A stretch of DNA of 64,000 nt from the human T2T-CHM13v2.0 reference genome, Homo sapiens. A program made the translations under genes and the position numbers. The stretch lies in NCBI RefSeq assembly GCF_009914755.1, contig NC_060944.1. One strand, given 5' to 3'. Each line of letters starts with the position of its first letter. Within the stretch, counting starts at the first letter, position 1. A model generated the notes under the pieces. That model did not search any database. It was given only the letters and a program-made list of their open reading frames with translations, and was not told the DNA's origin. This document shows positions 54,754 to 64,000 of this stretch, in pieces.

Positions 54754-56299
54754 TACTGCATTATATAAAAAAGATAGCACTCAACTAAATTGAGATTATT
54801 GAAGAAAGCAATTTTGTCAAACATTGGAAAATTATAACTTAAAAATAATATAGTTTGCCACTTTCGTAATGAAAGGGAAATGACCATATAGTTAGCTCAA
54901 TGAAATCAGAAAAATCACTTGATAAATTTGATAAAAAATTCAAGGCAAAAACTCTTTTCAAATGAGAAATCACTGAAAAATTCTTAATCTCATGAGAGAT
55001 ACATACCAGAAAGGTATGAAAAAAAAAATTCCACTGAAGTGTGAAATGTCAGAAGCATCACCTGTTAAAATAGGAAAAAGATAAGGAAGGATCCCTACCA
55101 CCCACCGTTTCCATTCTGTGCAGCACCTTCTAGCCAGAGTGACAAGACAAGCTCAGGCCCCAGGGACTAAAATAACAAAACTGCTATTATCTGCAAATGC
55201 GATTGTCTATATAGGAAATTCAAAGATTCTACAGACAAATTATAAGAAATAATAATTGAACCTAGCATTGTTTAATATAAAGATTATATATTAACATCTG
55301 TGGTATTCTGTACTCAAACAACTATTAGAAAATATAATTAAAATATTTCACTTATGGTGGCCAACAAATATAAACAGCCTATAATTTTTAATGTAAGACC
55401 GTAACATGAAAATGTATGACATTTTATTGAAAGTCATTATACAAGTCTTAAAAAAATGGAGAGACATACCATATTTGTAGCCAGAAATTCTTCATATTCT
55501 GGAGCTGTCAAATCTCTCCAAATTGATCATCCAGTATAATACAATTCCAACAAAACTTCACCAGGTTTTTCATGAGATTTGACAGGTTGATTTTAACCTG
55601 TGTGTAAGAGAGACATGGGTGAACTAGTTTCTTCCTATGCCTCCTCAGCAACTGACAGACTCCAGGCAGCTGGTATCTGTTCGCAGGTGTCCTGGCAGAA
55701 ATCAGTCTCACTTCTCTGCCCCTGACCTGCAAAAGCTTGGCCCTGTGGTATGTCCCAGAGGTGTGCCTGGAACCTGATCTCCACCCATGCCTCCCAGTGG
55801 CACACAGGGCACATGGCAGATGTCCACTAACATCCCTGCAACTCCTCCGGGCACTGTTCCCTCCCCAGGGCTGGTGCCGTGTTGGCGGGGAAGCTGGTTT
55901 CACCTAGTTGAGGAGGAGCCTGGCCTCCTCTGTGCTCTGCTGAATCTGCCACGGTGCTCCAGGGCCAGATTCTCTCAGACTTGAGGGGCCCAGGGGGTCC
56001 TTCTCTCACTTTGCTAAGTCTCTGTGGGGAACAAAAGTGATGAGTTTTCCCTCAACTGGGCACCCTGCGCAGGTGACTGAGCTCTCCCTGCATAGGTGCC
56101 CTCAGTCACAAAGCGGCAGGGACCCAGCTGCCCCTTGCAGTGTCCTGGGGATTAAGTCGAATCTCTCAGGCTTTAGCAGGTAGAAATCAATGGTGGTTCT
56201 GGCCTCCACTACAGAGGAAAGCCGGGGGGATTCTAGATGAATTCAGACCATTATCTGACCCATTTCACCCCTTCCCTTCCCCACACAGGACTCTCTTCA

Positions 56300-56313
56300 C
56301 CAGCAGGTGGTGT
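56300..56313 (+). promoter_or_regulatory. Candidate CTCF core motif
   Basis: CCAGCAGGTGGTGT, close to CCAGCAGGTGGCGC. Motif match only. Confidence 0.3.
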
Positions 56314-58546
56314 CCATCCCATGCTCACAGGGGAACCACCTGTGGGGTTCACCTTTCAGAAAGATGCCGTGGGCAAAAGCAGGCAGCCTCTGGGCCAACA
56401 CTGCCCTGCCCCACACCAACTCCTCCCCTGGAAAATTTCTTCGCCTAACCCTCGAAATTGCCCTGGGGCCTCTCGGCAACCCTGTGCATGGGTCACCAGC
56501 TTCACTGGACAGATGAGGAAACTGAGGCCCAAAGAGGTGATGGGACAGTGCAGAGTGAGATCACCTCCCTGCCCTACAGAGAAGGCATGTAGCTCTGTCT
56601 CTAGGAGTCCAGACTGGGGGAGTTAGGGCAGGGAGCCCCGTGGGGAGATCAAGCCCGGAGCATGTCCAGGGGTTGTGATGCCAGAGAGCAAGTGGTGAGC
56701 CTGCACACGCTCTCCAGGGAGCATCGCTGTTCCCCTGGCTGTCTGCTCTCTCAGGGCATTCACAGAATCTATTTCCTCCACCTCCCCATGCCCAAGCGGT
56801 AAACTGCCTGTTTCCTGGTCCAGTCACCTTTGCGGGGTTGTTCTGTGCGTGCCTGAAATCTCTCCCCAGACACTTGGCTCCGTGACTGCCTCTCACTTCC
56901 TAATCAAACTAACAGGTTTCACATCCATGTGGTCAGAGAATGAGGAGGCAGAAGTAATCAACAGCAAATTGGCCAGACAGACTCAGCCGAGATGTCTCCG
57001 GGCAGCCTAATTCAAATCGTGGGTGAAGATGGACAGAGTGGAAGAAGAGAGGCCATTGCAGGGATACTCTGGAGTGAGTTAATAAGATTAGAGACTGGCA
57101 GCATCACAGTCGCCTGAGCCCAGATTCTCTTGAGCCCAGCAGAGCACAGAGGAGATGAGGAGTTCAGTTCAGAGCAGAGGGCTCAGGGCATGCAGCCCAG
57201 CAGAGAGTGCATGCTCCCAACTTCTAAACTCACAGGTCTGAAGGACTCGCACAGAAGCTCCCTCCCCAAGTCACAGGGAAGTGTGAGGCTCCTGGAGCTG
57301 GACAGCAGCAGCAGGGCAGCTGCTCCTCCAGTGCCTATGTTGACACATCTGAGGTGCTCTTGGTACCAACCTGAATTCGAGAACTGGAAAGCAGGAGGGT
57401 TGGGTCCTAGTCCAGTTCTGCCATAGCTAACTAGCTGTCTGGTTTTCTTCAAGTCACTTTGTTTTTCTGAGGCTCGACTGACTTTACTGGCTTACTCATA
57501 AAATGTAGCTTAAAAATAATAAATGCTATCCTTTTGAGCACCAATATTCTGTTACCTGAAATATAAATTCTTCTGAATTAATCAGTGGCTCAAAAGTCTC
57601 TCTTCAATATGGAGTAAACACATGGGCTCACAGATGGGTCTTGTCCATCTTGGAGTGGTCAACACAGTTGAGTTTGTGCAGGGAGAGACCTCCCAGGCCT
57701 GGAGCCAGTGACCACGGGTATCACTGAGGACTGGCTTCCTCCAGACCCGGGCCTGGTATTTCACTTGCCTTTCTTCATGCCATTGCTACAACATAGCAGC
57801 GGTTCCTAGACCAGCAGCATCTGTGGACTTGTCAGAAACGCACATTCTGAGGCCTGCTCACAAAGGTACTCTAGGTTTAACAACCCCTCCAGGTGATTCT
57901 GACATTCAAGCTGGAGAGGAGCATGGACCACTGACATGGGTCACCATGCTCAATCTTTGCTGTCTATCCAGCTCACCTGTGCAGTTACCACAATCCCACA
58001 TCTGGCCTTCTCCAGTCTGAAAGGCCTGGAGTTTTGAGGTTTGAAACTCCACAGCTGATTCCAATATGCACCAAATGTGGAGGACCTCAAAACTGGCTAA
58101 TTTGGGCCATCACCACAGGTGTCAGTTTTAGCCCTCACAGACATTTCTTCCACTTTCTTGAGAGTACTTTGCCAAGGAGAGGGTTACTCAGGAAAGATAG
58201 GATTTAATCTCAGGTCTGTCCAGCTATTTCCACTAAACCAGTGATTTTCAAATCCAGATTTTGGAATCAGACACATCTAGGTTCATAGGTCAACTTGGCC
58301 TCTTGCCTCTCTTAGTATCCTCATATGTACAAGATGATTTGGTCCCACATGTAGGACAACTTCAAAGAATAGAGAAGAGAGTTCAAAATTAAGCACCTGG
58401 CATGTAACAGGCACCTAATTGGAGCATGCTGTTGTTGCTAAGAATACAGGACCACCTCTGAAATATTTCACCTGTACTCAATTCAAACTGAGTTAAGAAA
58501 TGTTCACCTCTAGAGATATTTGATTTTTATTTTTTCTGGAACAAGC

Positions 58547-59082
58547 TGTCAGAGGCGTTGGAACCAGAGCAACTCCATCTTGAATAGGGGCTGGGTAAAA
58601 TAAGGCTGAGAACTACTGGGCTGCGTTTCCAGAAGGTTAGGCATTCTAAGTCACAGAAGAGCTAGGAAGTTGGCACAAGATACAGGACCTTGCTGATAAA
58701 ACAGACAGCAGTAAAGAAGCCGGCCAAATCCCATCAAAACCAAGATGGCCACAAGACTGACCTCTGGCCATCCTCACTGCTACACTCCCACCAGCGCCAT
58801 GACAGTTTACAGATGCCATGGTAATGTCAGGAAGTTACCCTATATGGTCTAAAAAGGGGGGCATGAGTAATCCATCCCTTATTTAGCATATAATCAATAA
58901 ATAACCATAAAAATGGGCAACCAGCAGCCCTCAGAGCTGCTCTATGGAGTAGCCATTCTTTTACTTTCCTTTACTTTCTTGATAAACTTGCTTTCACTTT
59001 CTGGACTCGCCCTGAATTGTTTCTTCCATGAGATCCAAGAACCCTCTCTTGGGGTCTGGATCTGGACCCTTTTCTGGTAACA
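58547..59082 (+). mobile_element. MER41A solo LTR (ERV1)
   Basis: tgtcagaggcgttggaaccagagcaactccatcttgaatagg...ggtaaca. Lacks the GAS-containing block after ctaaaaagggg that MER41B carries. Confidence 0.9.
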
Positions 59083-59148
59083 AAACCAAATAATGTTTAT
59101 AGTGCTGCAAAAGATGTTGTTGATGTGTGAGATGTTGGAAGAAAGGAA

Positions 59149-59217
59149 GATTTAGACGGAAGCAGGAAACTCAGCTGTCACTGATTTAGACGGAAGCAGG
59201 AAACTGAGCTGTCACTG
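59149..59217. repeat. 34-bp tandem duplication
   Basis: gatttagacggaagcaggaaactcagctgtcact twice, one mismatch. Confidence 0.93.
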
Positions 59218-59537
59218 CTGTCTGCATTTAATTCCCTCAGGAGCTGATGCAGTCCAGGGTTGCTTCAGGTAGGAATTGGGAAGGGGAAAAAGCCCTGCAT
59301 CCACCCCTCGCACCTCCCCAACACTCATATACCCATTGACATACCCCACATGCACACTCATGCACAAACGTACACACACACACATCCTCACACAACCTCT
59401 CTGGACTTCTTTTAGACGTTATCTATCTTCAGTTTATTTTCTTCCTCTGGAAGCCAAGTAGCATTCTCACAAAAGGTTGGAACTGAACAAAATCTGATGT
59501 CTGCATCCAGCCAGGCAAACTGGGTTTAATTTTCCTA

Positions 59538-59968
<431 letters not shown>

Positions 59969-60163
59969 TCATGGGTAGCTTCCATAAGCATGGTTAGTGC
60001 CTGGGGTCATTAGGACCTCATGAAGCAGACTGCGGGCTGCTGTGGGGCTGTGCTGCAGGACAGTGTGATGATGGGGCAGCCCACTGCAGAGGGGGAGGGC
60101 TATTTGAAATATGTATCTACATGTATTTCTCCATTATTATTTTTTAAATTTAATGACAGTGAG

Positions 60164-60771
60164 TGTTATTGGAAGGAAAGCCTTGCATGTGAATTGCCCA
60201 GGTCCTTGGCATTTTGAACAAAGAATTGAACAAAATGCACAAAGGAAGTAGCAGAGGAATGAAATGCAGAAACGAAGCAGAGAAAGCCGAGCTTTATTAA
60301 AGCGAGAAGGCACTCCACAAGGTGGGAGTGGGCCCGAGCAAGTGGCTCAAGGGCCCCGTTACACAGTTTTCTGGGTTTTAAGTACTCCTTTTGAGGTCCC
60401 TGTGGGCTACCCTTCATCTGGAGGAAGGATTTGGTTTATGGCTAATTAAAAGCTGATGTGAACTTGCCTACAGTCAACCCAAGGCTGGAGTGGATTTGCG
60501 GCCAATGCAGATGCAGGGATGGCCCCTGCCTGGCCCGCAGCCAATCCAAGGCACTGTCCCTTTCCATCTGAGATGTGGGGGAAGGGGGAGAATTGTAGGG
60601 AGTGTAGCCTTTGATCCTTGTTTGCCTTTGGATCTAGCTTTAGGAAATTACCACGTATTGGCTTTTGATTCCCTGCCCCCAGATCTTGGTTTCTCCCTTT
60701 GATTCAGCTTTGGGGAGGCAGAGCAAATTGGCCTTAAGTTCCCTGCATCCAGACCCTATTTTCCTGCCTCA
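60164..60771 (-). mobile_element. ERV1 solo LTR, MER51-like
   Basis: ccaggtccttggcattttgaacaaagaattg...agaccctattttcctgcctca. 4-bp TSD tgag at 60160-60163 and 60772-60775. Confidence 0.85.
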
Positions 60772-62349
60772 TGAGTAGGTGGGAATCCTATTGGTTTCGG
60801 TATTGATTTCAGAGTCTCAGTTCTGCCCATTCCTAGTTACTTACCCTGGGGCTCTCCCTAGGACCTTGGTGATTATCTCATCTATAACATGATAGGAATA
60901 AATTAGCTAACCACCAGCCTCAGCATTCTGTGCTGATGAGAGAGGGGGAGGAGGAAGGCCAGGAGGGGCACTGCTGCTTGGGTGGCCATGCCAGCTACTG
61001 GCAGCAGGCACGCAGGTGGCTCTCACAGCCTCTGAGGCTTCCTTCCCCTCCCGGATTGACTCCATGTTCAGTTTCTCGCAAAATGGAAAGAGCAGGGATT
61101 AGCTCAGAAACTTAGATCCATCTTCTGCTTTTGTCTTTACCTAGTGGTGTGACCTTGGGGATAGTTCTTAACTCTCCTGAGGATTTGTTTTCTCATTTGA
61201 AGGAAACATATAATTTCTGCTCCCTTCTATTTGGAATGTGCGATGACTCCATGCAGCTAAAATGCTGTGCTCATGGGGCCATCCGTGATGCTTTCTGCCC
61301 CTGGAGGAAACCCCAGGGTTCCTTCAACACCAATCTTATCACTCACTATAGGACTGTGCAAGTCTTTCTGGAAACAGATGCCTGAAACAGAATTTTCAAA
61401 GCAGCTTTTGACAACAAACATGCTCAAGGAAGTCCTTTCTGATGTCTTGGGTTCTTTTTGCTCTCCCAAAGCCATTGCTCCCAAAGTTTCCTTCACACCC
61501 TGGCCTCAGACGACAGGCTACATTGCTGCCCCTTTTTCTGCGAATGTCCGGGCTCTGCGCTTCTCATCTGCCCAGTGGGGGACGGGTCACCTCGCTGCCG
61601 GGAAGCACAGCCACACTCTCTCCTGCCTTCTCCTCCCATGCGGCGTGCTCACTTCCACATTGTGTAGGGTCCTGGCCCCATTCCTCCTCCCAGAGTCTGC
61701 TTTGGGGAAACTCAAGGGGAAGCAGTGGGATTATTTTTTTGGCAGGTGAAGCACAGCTGGCTAAAACTGATTCTTCAGCTTGAGTGGTTGCGATGCATGT
61801 TTGTCGTTTTTATCAGTTCTGGCTGCTCAGTATTTAATACACTGTGTGGCTGTACATAGGCCTTTAAGTTAAACAAATAGAAGAAATTATAAAGCAGAGG
61901 ACTTTTATTTCATGGGCTGCTGGCTGAGAAAATCATAGGCAGATGTGTCGAGTTGGACTGTTTTCATCTGAAAGTCTGCTGACTTCCTCAGCTCCGATTC
62001 CTGATGTATTGTGTTTATCAGGCTTCTGTCTCTTCTCATATTTTGGGCTCTCATGAAAAAAATAAGCTTAAATGCAAGTGGCTTATGCTCACTGCCTTAT
62101 TTACATTTCATCTAGATGACGTCTAGCTTTTGGCATTGAGATGTCCTTTAGAATTGAAGGAAAAAAATTAAAGCACGTATTTTACTTCTCTGATGTGTCG
62201 GGCACTGGGATAAATAACAGGGAAAGGGGTGGCTGTGACACCTGCCATGGAGGCTGGCATGGATGGTGTGGGACAGACTCACAGGCAAGGCATCACCCCC
62301 CGGAGGGCCAAGCACTGTGGTGGGTGGCAGGGGCAAACAGGAGCCATGG

Positions 62350-62518
62350 GCGGGCTGCTGCCGGGAGTGGTCCCTGGAACAACCCAGTAGCCCGAGGGTC
62401 TTGTCTGGGATCTTACTGAAAATGCAGCCCAGGCCCTGCTGCCCAGTGGAGCCAGAGCCTGCACTTTTCAAAGCTTCCTGTGTGATTCCTGTGCACTTTG
62501 AAGTTTGAGGAGTGCTGG
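62350..62518. mobile_element. MER5A1-like MITE
   Basis: ctgcacttttcaaagcttcctgtgtgattcctgtgcactttgaagtttgaggagtgctg. Confidence 0.6.
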
Positions 62519-62804
62519 TCCTGATGAAAGAAGGTCAACGTTGACAGTTATCAGATGATTGAAAAGGACCTCCCCGGGAGGCGAGGGCAGAGATGAGTCA
62601 TTATGTTGGAGAAGGAGTCGGTGCTCGCCAAGCCCAGATTAGGAAAAGGAAACATCTGGTGCCAAGGAGGACGTTGCCAAAGAGCCTGGTTTGTTCTGGG
62701 AACTGCAGGAGTTTGGGGCAATGGATCAGGGACTAGCCTGGGTGGGAGAGGTGAGCAGGTGCTGGGATCCCACTGGTCCTCGAGTCACCAGATGCTGACC
62801 TAGA

Positions 62805-63030
62805 ACGTGCTGTGGTTGGGACTGAAGCCCTGCAGCCAGACTGCCTGTTTTCCGCCCTTCGGCTGTGTGAGCTTGGGCCAGTTATGGAGCCTCTCTGTGC
62901 CTCTGTGTCCTCATATGTAGGAATAGCGGTCCTAGCAGCACCTACCCCATGGGGCTGTTCTGAGAATTCACTGGACCAATCTGTGTGAACTCTGAGTACC
63001 TCCCCACACACAGCAAGTGCTACAAAAGTG
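62805..63030 (+). mobile_element. MIR
   Basis: gctgtgtgagcttgggccagttatggagcctctctgtgcctctgtgtcctcatatgtag. Confidence 0.8.
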
Positions 63031-64000
63031 ACCAGTATATTATTGGTGACTGAAGGTTGGCAAGTTGTGAGCAACATGGAGAAATTTAGTTGGTTTCTTC
63101 TTTGTTTTTGTTTCTTGATAAAAGATGTTTTGGCAATTACAGAGACAATGGAATGGAAAGAGATATTGGTGCAAGTGGAGTTTAGTGGGAAATCAGAGAA
63201 CAGCAAACTCAGCTGCAGCTGCTTCTGCAATCCCCTTGGCCACATGCTTTTGATCACTCATCCCAGGACAGAGGACAAGTAGCAACATTCCCCAGCATGT
63301 CTTTGCCCCAACTTCTCTGAAGTGTCAGTAGATGTCAGACCATAAATGAAGACAGGTTTACATCTCAGAAAGACAGCGACTGTAAACAAGAAAATGCAAA
63401 GTCTGTAGAGTAGATCCATGTCCCTGGGCAGGACAAGGGCCCAGTAGCTTAGCTGGGTCTCATGCCGGCCAATGACTGTGGCAAAGAGGACTGAGAGGCC
63501 AAGCCACAGACTAGCACAGTGTCACCATCACAGGCTGGGCCTTCTAGATCTACCACTTGTCAGCCTGTGGAACTACGGGAAAGACGCTGAGCTACTCGCT
63601 CTGGATGTCTTTGTCTGGAGAGTGGGGATAACCAGGATCGGCTTGGCTGTTGGAAGAATAAATGGGGCACAAATGTCAGGGGCCTGTGTGGGCTTCAGTG
63701 GTGGGTTGGGACCAATGTCTGCCTGCTCACTTCTTGTGTTTTGTCTGAGGGGACCTAATTTGCAGACAGAGCTGAATGGGAATGGGGAGCCATTGTATTA
63801 ACACTGAGCAGGCTGAAGGATCCTGGGGGTCAGCTCTGAGCAAAGCTTCTGGAGATCACAGCTTGGACAAGGAGCTTGAGACAAAGCCACATGCTTCCCA
63901 CCTCCTCTCCTTGAGTCTGGGACAGTTTATGCAAGAGAAGCTGAAGGAGGGCAGGGAATGGGGTCACCTCACCCCAGCTCTCAGAGGACAGAGGGAAACA

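Larger units (their letters stand above)
53330..55605 (+). mobile_element. Old L1M ORF2 fragment, interrupted by a MIR and Tigger3a
   Basis: gaagtaataaaaataaaagtagcaattaatgaaa...ctgctattatctgcaaatgcgattgtctatatag (decayed FADD region). Confidence 0.75.

Noticed and set aside
61131-63801. Cluster of 100-175 aa ORFs in GC-richer DNA
   Set aside because: They overlap on both strands, lie partly within MIR/MER5, and show no recognisable protein similarity.

Overview
Primate (human-like, catarrhine) genomic DNA, intergenic or intronic in character. I see no credible protein-coding gene, RNA gene, CRISPR array or prokaryotic element. The short ORFs are translations of repeats or chance ORFs, and the only recognisable protein remnants are decayed LINE-1 ORF1/ORF2 and a CR1/L3 RT trace. 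Much of the window is interspersed repeat: 15 Alus (J, S, Y, one AluYd-type), several old L1M fragments, MaLR/ERV1/ERVL solo LTRs, hAT and Tigger MITEs, MIR and L2. Subfamily names are from recalled consensus features and need RepeatMasker/Dfam confirmation. The structure not explained by repeats is three independent locally templated insertion scars. (1) A ~320-bp patchwork at 44831-45152 built from an inverted copy of 44112-44218, a direct copy of 43825-44016 and an 18-mer also found twice at 48.8 kb. (2) A 90-bp inverted copy of 39922-40011 inside an otherwise intact solo LTR at 38902-38991. (3) A hairpin plus a 30-bp copy of 9782-9811 replacing the 3' end of a MER1A at ~8330-8381. Weaker signals are a candidate CACCC/CCAAT promoter with a splice donor at ~4.85-5.15 kb, a strong G-quadruplex tract, and several motif-level regulatory candidates. 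I could not identify the locus, and I see no evidence of a new protein-based system.
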